A DNA stretch of 57,564 nt, counting the filler, from Asterionella formosa (taxonomy: Eukaryota), in assembly GCA_002256025.1 (NCBI GenBank). It is 5 parts of 5 records of this genome, joined end to end, with 100 filler letters (N's around TTAATTAATTAA, not from the genome) between each part and the next. Parts side by side here need not be neighbours in the genome. Positions count along the whole stretch, not along the records: positions 11,543 to 22,981 come from NKIB01008512.1; positions 23,082 to 34,511 come from NKIB01008513.1; 3 more parts are not named here. One strand, 5' to 3'. A program made the position numbers and the translations under genes. Below are positions 11,443-23,239 of this stretch, one piece after another. The first letter of the stretch is position 1; each line of letters starts with the position of its first letter. Below the pieces are notes generated by a model that saw only the letters and a program-made list of their open reading frames with translations, was not told the origin of the DNA and searched no databases.

Positions 11443-11542
11443 NNNNNNNNNNNNNNNNNNNNNNNNNNNNNNNNNNNNNNNNNNNNTTAATTAATTAANN
11501 NNNNNNNNNNNNNNNNNNNNNNNNNNNNNNNNNNNNNNNNNN
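11443..11542. other. Artificial contig linker (N44-TTAATTAATTAA-N44)
   Basis: Identical 100-bp structure occurs four times; TTAATTAATTAA gives stops in all six frames. Confidence 0.97.
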
Positions 11543-11669
11543 AACTATCTTGAAGAAGCCAGGGAACTATTTAAATTAGAGGGAAAAGGAAGGAAAATGG
11601 GTAGAGAATTCCTGTTCGAAGGGTGTTGGCGAATTTTGAAGGATGCCCCAAAGTGGAAGGGTGGGTGTG

Positions 11670-12916
11670 CATATGCCAATTTGGGTAGATTCCGTCAACC
11701 AAATAATACCCCAGATTGTGTTGTTGGTTGTTGATGGCAAACTGTACTTTTGGAGTCCTTCCAGCTGACAAATCATGGAAAAACGGTGAACGATCCAAAA
11801 TATTAAGATCATTGTTTGCCCCGGGCATTCCAAACCATGCATGCCAGAACCAAAGTCTACAATCAACCGCAGCTTCCAAAGCAATTGTCGCCACTCCTTC
11901 TTTTCCTTGATATGCTCCTCTGTGTGCTTTGGGACAGTTTTTCCACTCCCAATGCATGACATCCAATGAACCAAGAAGACCCGGCCAACCCTTTCCTTCA
12001 TGCAAACGTAGAATCATCTCAAGGTCCTCTTTGGTCGGAGCTCTAAGATACTCTTTCCCATACCTGTTGATTATTGCGTTACAGAAGTGTTGCAAGTTGT
12101 TGAGTGTTGTTGACTCTGACATCCTTGTTAAATCATCCAACTGATCAGCCGATGTTCCATAGGCTAACATGCGAAGCGCCGAGGTAAGTTTTTGGTGTGG
12201 CGAAAATCCCAGTAAACCCAAGGCATCCTTCTTCTGAGAAAAGTAAGAATCCGAAGAAACCAAATCATCAAGAATCTTCTCAAACAACGAACGTCTCATC
12301 CGGAAGCGCCTCCTGAACATTGCTGACGAGTAAATCGGATTTTCACCGAAATAATCCTTTTTCAAAAGCTTGTCATAGTCTGTCCGAAAACGATTGAGAT
12401 TGGATGCCTTTCCCACCTTTGATCCTCCTCCCTTGTTTCTTTCTTGCTTGGCATTCTCGCGTTGCTTCCGCATATCGCGGAAGTGGAAGAAGCGATCGTC
12501 ATCTGATGAGTCGCTATCATTGCTCATTTTCGCTGTGTCGAAACAAAAGTCATATTTATTGGTAATAATAAAGAAGCCACAATTCTCTACGAACAATATT
12601 CAAGTACATAGTTGTAATATTTTTTGATGGGCAGTACCAGATAGTACCGGTAGGAGTATTGCTAGCTGTTTAAGAATAAGGTATGTATGCGGCTACTTCA
12701 TGAATTAAAAGCGATACACACGAAACTACAGTCTACCTTTATTTCTATCGGCTAATAATTTAGGCGCGAGATTTGACTAATATAAGATTTGGTCGATGCG
12801 GTGGGAAAAAAAAGAAAAATTCGACTATTGATAAAAAATTTCTCGACCAAGTGACGTGTATTGATATTTTCAACTGCAATTGGCTTTGGTATTTGGTCGA
12901 TGCGGTGGTGATGCTC
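11670..12916 (-). mobile_element. PIF/Harbinger DNA transposon (5' end + transposase, 3'-truncated)
   Basis: ORF from ATG 12527: FRRRFRM, QKLTSALRMLAYG, GSLDVMHWEWKNCP, HAWFGMPGANNDLNIL, YYLVDGIYPNW; terminus GAGCATCACC at 12916 flanked by TAA/TTA (12917-12919); subterminal repeat TTTGGTCGATGCGGTGG x2. Confidence 0.9.
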
Positions 12917-13289
12917 TAAGCCATGCAACCCAAAACAGATTCACCCCGATTGTTCAATCCACAAGTTCGGACTGTATTATATTGTGTCTGTAAGACAACA
13001 ATGGACAGAAGACAGTCTACAGGGGAGGCTTTATCGATGTAAACCCGATAATTAATAAAGAATAAGCAGAACTCATGTACCGGTAACTATGTATATATAC
13101 CTACTCATTCAGCCACGTAGCCTTGACTGTGGACGTGGCTTCTTTCTTCTTTTTCTTTCCTTGTACTTTAATCCATTCATCGTCTGTATCTTGTACGTCC
13201 ATATTTCCGAACACCGATTTCGACCAAAAGCAACAACTACTACCTCCACAAGCGTCAAGAAGAAGGGTGCCTTGTTGGTTGTCGCATCT

Positions 13290-14034
13290 ATGGAGTCCAT
13301 TCACGTGCGGTTCCCTGTTTCACAAGACGAGCTTGCTGTAGTCGTGTGTACACTGCCACATGTATCTTCTCTGACTGACGAAGATCGCAGGACACGTTGG
13401 CTCCAAAAGCGTGATTACCACAAGTTTTATTTGACCGCAAGAGCCATTGCAAAGGAGACTTGTGAGTTTGGATTTGGCGGCTCCCTTCTGGAAGATTGTT
13501 TGGGCGATATCAATGATGACCGACAACATCGAATGAATCAATGGTGCCAACAAGGTCTCTCAAGGAGAGGGACTAGAACGATGGTCGAATCGTTCCCTTG
13601 AAGATCGCAGAGAAGCATCGAAGAAACACGCCATTCAGAAGTTATTGTCCTTGCAAGAAGTAATGCGCCTTACTGGACACAGGTGTGTCGATAAGGACGA
13701 ACTGGGCCGACAGTATGTAGAATTGACCCAAACAGCCAAGAACTTTGCTCTCCTGTTGGGTCATGCGGATCATCATGCTGTCGTGAGTTCCACCGACATG
13801 GAGGGACGCAGCCCCTCAATGTCTCGGCAGCAGCTGTTGTTGAGAGCATTCCGACAATGTCCAGAGCCAAGGATTTCGCTCCAAACAGCCAAGAACGTTT
13901 TGTTGGGTCATGCGGATCATCATGATGTCGTGCGTTCCATCGACATGGAGCCCCTCAATGTCTCGGCAGCAGCTGTTGTTGAGAGCATTCCGACAATGTC
14001 CAGTGCCAAGGATTTTGCTGATTGTATGAGGTGA
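13290..14034 (+). pseudogene. Diatom-type hypothetical protein (VRF...W...RGLE family) with a +1 frameshift and a 3' tandem duplication
   Basis: MESIHVRFP...RWLQKRDY...GLSRRG|LERW requires a frameshift at ~13568-13571; ~140-150 bp tandem duplication 13728-13880 / 13882-14019; family recognised from memory only. Confidence 0.55.
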
Positions 14035-14700
14035 AGTAGAAGCAAATCAATATTAGATGAGTACGGCCCCAGTAGGTGTACGCATCATTGACAAGTCTGA
14101 GTTGCAACCTCTGTCAAGAGCGGTAGATGCAGATTGTAAAGCTCCCAGCACCAATTACCATGTGTTTTCTGACAAGCCACCCTGTGAAGATGGATGTGAG
14201 CGATACTAGTATGATATGATGCTCATTATCATCGTCATCATTATCATCACCATCACATTAATTATTATTGTTCAATGTCTGCTTGGTAATCAAACCCATT
14301 GCACAAACTAATTGTTCACAGAGATACACCAAAGACCATGGATCCTACTTTATTACAGATTGAATACTATTATAGATTGAATTGAAGTTGAACACAGAAC
14401 TATGTGTAGTTGCTTATCTCACAATGTGGTCCATTTGTCATCAGGTACACAAACATGCTAACAATGTTGTAACAAACATAATATATGCTATCATGTCATA
14501 ATACACGAAACTCTTTTTGGTCACCTTTTGACAAAGCATGCATCATGAAAATGATAATCTGTTTTATAGCCCATTTGTACTCCCCTTTTTTAAGGCATGT
14601 ATTCATTGTGCTTCCTGCCAACAAAACCTGTGCTTCCCTAATTTTGTTAGTATAGGTTAGTCCCCAACCACTTTTCGTGAAAGGTGATAGTCTTAGCTGC

Positions 14701-14887
14701 AGCATTAGGGGAAACTCCGACTGCCTAGGAAGGCAGCACAGCTGCTTGCAGTGAGATAGGGGCAAACCCAATATTTCTCGCACACCAGGCAAGACAATAA
14801 GGAGTGTGGGAGTCGAACCCAACAAATTGCTTCTCAAAAATATTGTGGGAATCGAACCACACAATTTTGCTTCAGATCAAAGGCAAT
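14701..14887 (-). mobile_element. tRNA-derived SINE-like repeat, copy 2 (5' end abuts a DNA transposon end)
   Basis: Reverse complement aligns with 6321-6518: TTGCCTTTGATCTGAAG, GTGGTTCGATTCCCAC, GGGTTCGACTCCC, CTGCCTTCCTAGGCAG, CCCCTAATGCT. Confidence 0.6.
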
Positions 14888-14889
14888 AT

Positions 14890-15533
14890 GATGGCTGGAT
14901 GCAATTTTTGGGGCCACCGGGTAGACCCTGTAGGCCTAGTATTAGCATAAACCCTAAACCTATGGTATATAATATTTTGTGCCTGTATTGGCATGTTATA
15001 ATCACATCCACCATGTTGTTATTATTCTGTTGCTTTACTCAACAATAGAACATCCTCCTGTGCCGCTTCAAATAGCTTTATTTCCTCCATGAGTAACGCT
15101 ACTATTAAGCACCAGAAGCGGCATGGGACAACACATTTTGCTTTTTATATGAACTATTTTGTGTTGGGCACGGAGATCCACGCCTACATGACCAATGGTT
15201 TCACACTCTTGAGCTTGATAGTGGGCAAGCTGGAGTTGAAACTGTACAGGAATGTCTCAAATAATATCATGTAGAAGTTGCAATGAAGATACAATAACGA
15301 TTACACACCCATCGCTGCGCAATGGACTTCGATTTCATGTTCGTCATGAATGAATGCAACAACAACAACAACGAGATCGCGGATGCATGTGTACATAAAC
15401 TTTAAACAAATGTATGTTATTTATATAGAACATTTTACTTAAGCTAAAATATGTTGTACTGGTAGCCAGAATTACTTTGTACTGGTAGCTACAACGGCTA
15501 CCCAATGTAGTTTCATGATGCATCCAGGAAGGT
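14890..15533 (+). mobile_element. Internally deleted non-autonomous derivative of the Tc1/IS630-like family at 47135-50583
   Basis: Left end ATGGCTGGATGCAATTTTTG..GGGTAG..TGTAGGCCTAGT..AACCCTAAACCT matches 47138-47210; remnant codons THRCAMDFDFMFV match 50340-50380; right end GGCTACCCAATGTA..TGCATCCAG matches 50545-50578. Confidence 0.7.
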
Positions 15534-15709
15534 CCGGTAATCAGCGTACATAGTGTGAAGGTTGCTCGTTTTCTGTTCATTGATTCACATAAGAGAAAAG
15601 GTAGGGGTACACCCCCAAAAATTGTCGAACCCCTTAATTTTGCGCCACTCCGTTATTCTTTAAATAGTTGTTCACATAGACGTTAAGCCGTTAGTCATTT
15701 CATTGTCAA

Positions 15710-15885
15710 AATGAACTTTAAGTCATGAGTCAGTAAGTTGAAGTCAACAGTCAGCGATTTTATATCATCAGTCAGCAAAAGAAGTCAGCAGTCAGCGATT
15801 TTTTCAAATTTTCAGCGAATCAAGTCTGCAGTCAGCGAAACGAAGTCCGCAGTCAGTAGTCAGCAAGTTGAAGCCAGCATCTCAA
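15710..15885. repeat. Array of AGTCAGC(GA) motifs
   Basis: About 8 imperfect copies of AGTCAGC/AGTCAGT within 170 bp. Confidence 0.7.
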
Positions 15886-17357
15886 CGATAGCACCGGTAC
15901 TTAGTTGTAGCAATATGAAGAAGTAGAAAGCAATGATTTTTTCAGGCATCGATGTCTATTTCACAGTTTTTAATTATGTACGGAGTACCAGGTACCTCTT
16001 TGTTACTCCCGATAGTATGAGCGTAGCTAGAAGGCATCGCTTTTAGTATCCCAACAACGAAAAGATGCTTCCATCCTTATTAAATATGAAAAGATGATGC
16101 TATTGGCTCAAACATATGTACTAATGACAATAGTGTACTGTAGTATCATTTTACTTTAGTACAATGTATGTGTGTATACAGCACTGGTAAAAATTCTTCT
16201 GTGCGCGCAGTTTCACAATGCTGCCCTTTTCTGTTGTCTCAATGCTCTTGATGCATGCCTCCCCTTGCCTCCTCCATTTACCTCTGATCCTGAAACTCAT
16301 CTAACTGCCTTCTGCCTCTTCCCTTTCCTTTCGTTGCTCCGATTCTGAATTCACATGCGCTATTCTATTTTTTGTCCATTTTGATAAGTTTCCCTTTCAT
16401 GCATTCCGGTAACACATCCTGAAATGAAAGATCAAATCAGCCACATGACAAGGAAAACTGAAGAGACGCTGCAAAACAATGATAAACCTTGTGGCTTAGA
16501 AGGATTGAAAATGGAAAAGTGAGTGGAATCCATCTATGGTATGTCAAGGGTATATGCCAAGATGATCGATTTTGGGATTCACAAACAAGGCTAAACTTCC
16601 TTCTCAAGTGATTCAATAGCGCATTTTTCATTGGCGGTTACAAAAATATTGGTAAGGGCTCTCATTAGATCAATGCTCAACTGTCAGAACATATCTGACT
16701 CATGAGTGGTTTTTATCTTTCAGGATAATTGTAATCAAACAATATTTGTTGTAAGTTAGTATAAATGACATTGATGGAGCTATTTATTGATGTGTACTCA
16801 GGCGATCCTGGACTGACACATTATTATTCAGAAATGTTAGAAAATATATCAATATTTTGTAAGCCAATCCATAATCGGAAGCGTTTGTTGTGTTGTAAAC
16901 TAGCAAACCATAACTAACAAATTGCTGCTTCTCATTGTCACTACGATGACGATAGCAATAAAAATTGTAAATGGATCCGAGTATCATTTCGGTAGGGCTC
17001 AATGTTGGCTGGGTTTGAAGAAGAGTTGAGTACAAAGTTAATCTTTGAAATACAGGAACCTTAAATATCATTTTTGTTTGTTAAAATGGAACTCTATCAA
17101 TCTGGTGCCGCTTCCTATTTAATTCAAATATTCAATTGGACACTCAAATCATGGGATTTCATAGAAGCGAACTCCTTATTTCCTGCCGTTTTTACAACCC
17201 TAGCGATATTTTCTCCAAACTAGGGTTAAGGCGGGGCCGCAACCTTAAATTATTCTTGTACATAGCATACGTGTAATATGGATTACCTGTCTCCTTGACA
17301 TCATCACTTGCTCAGCCAAAAGAAAGAGCAGCATCAACAGAAGAAAGCAAAGAGAGG

Positions 17358-20300
17358 ATGAAGCTTGTTACAGCTACATTGTGCCTTGTTCTGTTGATTA
17401 GTACCGAACAAGCCCCCCTTCTTACACTTGCCTTTGGGTATAATAGTAACTTGATGCTGAGATCTCCGTTTCATCATTTCACTTCGTTTTCCGCCAGAAC
17501 CGCTGTTTTTGCTTCCACGCGTCGCAGAAGTGTTGGAACTACATCGTCGGTATTATTTTCCTCCTCCTCCTCCTTCATTGCCAACAGCAATACCGGTAGT
17601 AGCAATAAGAAGCACGGACTTTGGAGCCATCAAAAGCCTCGTATCCACCACATCTTGGCATCATCTCTCATGTCCACTCGCGGAGGAACAACCTCCGCCA
17701 CAACGACGACCGCACTCAATAGCGTCGTTGTCGCGGCACAAGATGCTCCACCTGCTGAAACATTCCGCTCGGAGTATCAGCCACTTGTATATCTCGTCTC
17801 CAACATCTCCATGGACTTTGTCATTCGTGATCGCAAGACCACTGTCACGTCGGAAATGACCATTCGTCCCAACAACAGAAACACAAGTAACAGCAACCCG
17901 AACGACGACATGGTCCTCGATGGGGATGAGACATGTGTCAAACTCTTGCGAGTGGCACTGAATGGACGGGATTTGATTCCAGGAACTGAATTTACATTGG
18001 CACCTGGAAAACTCATTATCAAGGCAGCAGCTTTGCACATTTTGTCCCCCTCGGACAAGACCGTCCTGACGACTGTTGTGGAAATTGTACCTGAAGACAA
18101 TACGCAATTAAGCGGACTGTACAAGTCGGGGCCCATGTATTGTTCCCAATGTGAGGCCATGGGATTTCGTCGCATCACGTACTATCCAGACCGTCCAGAT
18201 AATATGGCTGTCTTTGACAGAGTTAGAGTAGAAGCAGCAACCAAGGAATATCCTATTCTACTCAGCAATGGGAATCTACTAGAACAAGGCACTGTCATGA
18301 TGAACAACAATGACAACGAGGATCGACATTATGCCATTTGGAGTGACCCTTTTCCGAAACCATCCTATTTGTTCTGTGTTGTGGCAGGAAACCTGGGATC
18401 TATACAAGATTCATACACCACCACATCAGGACGTGACGTTAAATTGGAAATTTTCTCGGAACCGGAGAATGTGGGAAAACTGGCCTATGCCATGGAAAGT
18501 CTCAAGCGAAGCATGAAGTGGGACGAAGACACGTTTGGATTAGAATACGATTTGGGCATTTATAACATTGTGGCAGTGAATGACTTTAATATGGGGGCCA
18601 TGGAAAACAAGGGACTTAATGTATTCAATACGGCATATGTTTTAGCGGATCCGGCCACGGCTACGGATGGGGACTATGAGCGAGTCGAGGGAGTTATTGG
18701 ACATGAATATTTTCATAATGTAAGGACAAATATGAGATTGAACTGGAATGACTATACTCAATACTAACATTTTCTCCTTTCTATGGAATGTCTTAGTGGA
18801 CAGGGAATCGTGTGACATGCCGTGATTGGTTCCAATTGACACTCAAGGAAGGTTTGACTGTGTTTAGAGATCAGCAGTTCTCGGGAGACATGGGATCGAA
18901 TGCTGTCAAACGTATTGAGGATGTTCGAGCTTTGAGGGGCCGCCAATTCAATGAAGATGCCGGCCCAATGTCTCATCCCATTCGACCAGAGTCGTACATT
19001 TCCATGGACAATTTTTACACTTCAACGGTTTACAGCAAGGGGGCTGAAGTCATTCGTATGTATAGAACATTGTTGTCCGAAGCCGGATTCAGAAAGGGCA
19101 TGGACTTATACTTTCAACGTCATGATGGAGATGCTGTCACCTGTGATGATTTCCGGGCTGCCATGGCTGATGCCAATGAGGTCAATTTAGACCAATTTGG
19201 GCTCTGGTATTCGACTAATGGAACACCTACCGTGACGTACTCGTCCACTTTCAAGTCGGGAACATTCTCTCTCACCCTATCCCAACGAAGCAATAGTGTC
19301 TCACCTATGCATATCCCCGTCTCCGTTGGTTTGATTGATAAAGAAACTGGTAAAGAAGTCCTCGCGACTCAAGTATTGGAATTGAGGGAAGACGAACAGA
19401 CGTTTACCTTTGACAATCTCCAGGGGGATGTGGTTCCTTCGATTCTCCGTGATTTCTCTGCTCCTGTCAAGCTTGTTCCTGCGTCAGGGGTGGAAGACGA
19501 AACGGCTCTCGCGTTTCTTGCTGCATACGATACAGACGGATTCAACAAGTGGGAGGCTGGCCAGAAACTGTACACATCTGCCATTCTACAGAGTATGGAT
19601 ATGTCACTTTCGGACGCAACTGCTGAATTTGTGTATGAAGCCTTCGGAAATACACTCGTGGACAAGGAGACCACTGACTATTCGATCCAGGCATACGCAC
19701 TTACCCTCCCTAGTGAATCTACTTTGGCCGAGCAAGTTGATGTTGTGGATCCTGTTGCCATCCGCAAGGCTCGCGGTTCCGTAAAGAAGGCTATCGCTCG
19801 CAAATTCCAGGAGCAGCTCAAACAACGTTATGACGAACTCACGGCAGCCATGGAAGCCGAAGGTGGAGTATTCAAGGTAGATGCCACAGCTGTTGGACGG
19901 CGACGAATTCGCAATGTCCTTCTTGAATACCTTTGCTCGATCAAAGAGACTCCGGAAGAGCAATTGGCTGCTGCTGCCTTGGCAACTGCTCACTTTGAAA
20001 ATGCGTCGGGCATGACAGATAAAATGGCGGCATTCGGTGCCCTTGCATCCATGGACGGTGAAGGTGCTGCAGCTCGTGATGCTGCAGTTCAAAAGTTTTA
20101 CGACGACGCCAAGGGTGATGCACTTGTTTTAAACAAATGGTTCACAGTACAGGCTGTTGCTGACTTGCCAGATGTCCTGGACCGTGTCAAAAAGCTGACG
20201 GAACATCCGGACTTTACTCTGTCCAACCCCAACCGTTGTCGTTCTCTGGTATCTGCGTTTACTATGAATGCCGCACCCTTCCATGCCCAAGATGGTGCTG

Positions 20301-20503
20301 GATACGAATTCCTCGGAACTATAGTTGCCGACCTTGACAAGCTAAATCCTCAAATTTCGTCTAGAACGGCAGGAAGTCTCATTCAATGGAGACGATACGA
20401 TGAGAAGCGAGGTGCATTAATGAAAGCCCAACTTGAACGACTTGCTGCCATGTCGCCAATCTCAGATGATCTCTTTGAGGTTGTTACTCGTGGTTTAAAG
20501 TAG
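17358..20503 (+). CDS. pepN: M1-family aminopeptidase N (bacterial PepN-like), predicted plastid-targeted, 2 exons, ~1022 aa
   Basis: Exon1 17358-18719; intron 18720-18796 (GTAAGG...CTAAC...TAG); exon2 18797-20503; GAMENKG and HEYFHN|WTGNRVTCRDWFQLTLKEG motifs; C-terminal NPNR/LNPQ motifs; signal peptide followed by LA-FG and a Ser/Thr/Arg-rich transit peptide. Confidence 0.95.
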
Positions 20504-20863
20504 TGGGCTTTCTTTTCTTCTCAAAACACAATGAGACAACCGCCTTTTGGATATAGCGTCCTATATTTTTTATTTTAAATTAGGACACTCTGCGCTTTGG
20601 TATTTAGGTTGTCGCCATTTTTCTTTCAACCAATGTGCACGGGCTAGAAATTTATCCTGTTTGGCATTGACGTGAACCTTCTCCGATGAATATATAATAG
20701 CTATGAAGCGTCAAGATCATAGTGTGTATTATATGTAATATTTATGCCGCGATCATTTTGTGTAATCGGTTCAAATCGTCGTTTCTTTACCTGTTCGATA
20801 TTCATCATCAAGCGACGTGCATGAAAAAAGCCCCTGAATGTTTTCATGTTCTAGTCAGCTATA

Positions 20864-21754
20864 TTACGCCGCTGCGTTGTTCCCCTTCAAAGCGGTAAAG
20901 CTCCATAGCGCCGAAAGTGAAAACGAAGAGGATAAATGTTCTTCCTCCTCGAGTGCTTTACTTTTGACACTCTGTCCAGCCGAACTAGTGTGGGTGGTTC
21001 CCTGAGGTTCTAGTTTTTCCAAAAATTCATTGAATGTTTGAGGCTGTGGTGCTGTTCTTCTTATTGAAAGCTCCTCTTCACAGAAGCTATCTTCAAAGCC
21101 AAGTGTGTCATATAGCTTAAGCATTTCTTCGTTTTGCTGTCGCATGACCTGACGAAATGAGTTGGATAGCCTCTCATCTTCCATTTGAAGGCGCAGCATA
21201 ATTTCCATTCCTTCTTGTTGCACTTTTGATTGTTCAAGCAATAACTCAAATTTCTCTTCCTTCATTGCGGCAATCAAGTGCTCTGTCTGCTGTTCGGCCA
21301 GTTTCAGCTGACAGTCCATAATGCAAAAATGATGTAAATTGCGAAGTACCTTGGCTTGGAGTATCAGTATATACGATGGAGTTTTGGTGTCCTTCAACAA
21401 CTTGGCATATTGATGCAGGGCCATATCTTCCTTGAGCTCCGCATTCTTCACGTCCAGGGCCTGATGAATCATTTCAAGACCATGTTTCATTGTAGTGACC
21501 ATTTCCTCGTGGCGTTGGTTTTGAATGAATCGTTCTTGTCGGATGCGAACAATCTCGTCTTTAGCAGACTCTACTTTTGCTTCCGTGCCTACGAACAAAC
21601 GATGAGATGTAGTAATAGCCATAATATGATTGTGGAGAGCTCCTTCTTCTTTTTCGTGCTGCTGCTGTTGCTCGTCGTCGTCTTCGTCGTCGTCTTCCTG
21701 TTGCAGTTTCTGACAAGGAGCTGTATTTCGGAGAGGGGAGAATGGCTTGTTCAT
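20864..21754 (-). CDS. Hypothetical coiled-coil protein (296 aa)
   Basis: Uninterrupted ORF, E/Q/K/L-rich helical composition, acidic N-terminal tract, convergent with pepN. Confidence 0.75.
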   Translation of the reverse strand: MNKPFSPLRNTAPCQKLQQEDDDEDDDEQQQQHEKEEGALHNHIMAITTSHRLFVGTEAKVESAKDEIVRIRQERFIQNQRHEEMVTTMKHGLEMIHQALDVKNAELKEDMALHQYAKLLKDTKTPSYILILQAKVLRNLHHFCIMDCQLKLAEQQTEHLIAAMKEEKFELLLEQSKVQQEGMEIMLRLQMEDERLSNSFRQVMRQQNEEMLKLYDTLGFEDSFCEEELSIRRTAPQPQTFNEFLEKLEPQGTTHTSSAGQSVKSKALEEEEHLSSSFSLSALWSFTALKGNNAAA

Positions 21755-22262
21755 ACTTTCTAGAGAAAATGAGAAACAGGGAAACGAGAGTGCTAATCAC
21801 TATAATAGTATAATAATTGGAGAAGTTGACAACACCTTCACTACTATATATTTCCGACAGAGTAGTATTAGCTAGAAGCGTTTGCTTTGTGGTTGGAAAA
21901 AATCGAAAGTATACGCTGGCAAGGAGACCAACTTTTTCCACTCATGATCAGGCAGTTCTTACATAAAATCTGTATGTAAACAGGTGCTCCTATGAACTAT
22001 AAAATACTTAGCGTACCAATGTATCGGTAGTTCGTACTTTTGACATGATTTGGATGAGAACCTCATGAGGATTCTGTTGTGAAGATTGTTTCAAGCAGTT
22101 TTGCTTCTTTGCTACACTTTTGTACACCAGATTGATTCATATTACATTTCTTCGTAGGATAAGTTGTAGCCATGTACCGTAGTAGGATAGCCATGACCAA
22201 AAGGAATATCGTCCAGCAGGATTCTAAACAAAAGTTTTCCGAAATCTCCTGAAGTTCAAGTT

Positions 22263-22288
22263 ACACACACACACACACACACACACAT
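22263..22288. repeat. (AC)n microsatellite
   Basis: About 12 AC units. Confidence 0.9.
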
Positions 22289-22981
22289 GAACTTGGTCAT
22301 CCCATAAGTAAATGCTGTAGTTTTTTGTCATTTGTGAATGTATAAAGAAAATGCTTCTGGAGGTGGCTGTGTTGGGCCTTCCCCAATGATGGGTAGATGA
22401 CTGACAAGGTAGCTACTAATAAACTAGTTACTATAATTTGCCATTGTTATTGTGGGTCACCATAATGGTTCTCATGGATTAGTTCAAGTTTACTTCTTCT
22501 GGGCATCAGGGGGACATAGGACTTCAATGCCTACAAACAAGTCCACTCCCAGAATTTACTGTTATTTGAGGAGGATTAAAGAGAGGTTCATTCGTCCTTA
22601 ATGGGTAGTACTGTGATGAAACTGTGATTGTCAAGTGGGCATGCCCATATGTAATGGGATCCCAATCGGTGAATCAACTGAGGGTTAGAGATAGGTGTGC
22701 GCAACACAATTGTTAGTTGGTAGATGCTACGTATCTGTAGCTCTCACGCAGTAAAATTTGCTAGAAAAATGTTTCTACACAATTTGTTTGTTTTACTACC
22801 AAAATTGTTTTTATAAAAGAGTGAGCTTAATGTAAATGTAAATTTGAATGTATAATTTTGAAACTTCCAAGCTCATGCATGTTTCAAAATAGAGGTGATC
22901 TTCGGAGGCGAGGTTCATTTGTGTTCCCAACTTGAACTGAGAATAAACTACATCCTCTTCCTAAATACACATTTGTCTTAA

Positions 22982-23081
22982 NNNNNNNNNNNNNNNNNNN
23001 NNNNNNNNNNNNNNNNNNNNNNNNNTTAATTAATTAANNNNNNNNNNNNNNNNNNNNNNNNNNNNNNNNNNNNNNNNNNNN
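22982..23081. other. Artificial contig linker
   Basis: N-TTAATTAATTAA-N, 100 bp. Confidence 0.97.
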
Positions 23082-23239
23082 GAAAGGGCGAGAGGAGTCA
23101 TCCATGCACCTGTATAGTATGAAATATGGAAATGATCAATTATAGCTAGTCTACACAAGGAGCAGTGCATCATATATGCCCTGTTATTTTAATTCCTATG
23201 AAATCTCTTGATCTGTTCTGCGCTTTTTCGCCAACACAA

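Noticed and set aside
11487..11498. TTAATTAATTAA as a genomic motif or piggyBac target
   Set aside because: Centred in identical 100-bp N blocks four times; an assembly linker
16190..16700. Decayed coding sequence weakly similar to 41760-41945
   Set aside because: Similarity is patchy and no protein motif can be identified by eye
18720..18811. Split pepN gene
   Set aside because: A canonical 77-nt intron restores HEYFHN-WTGNRVT
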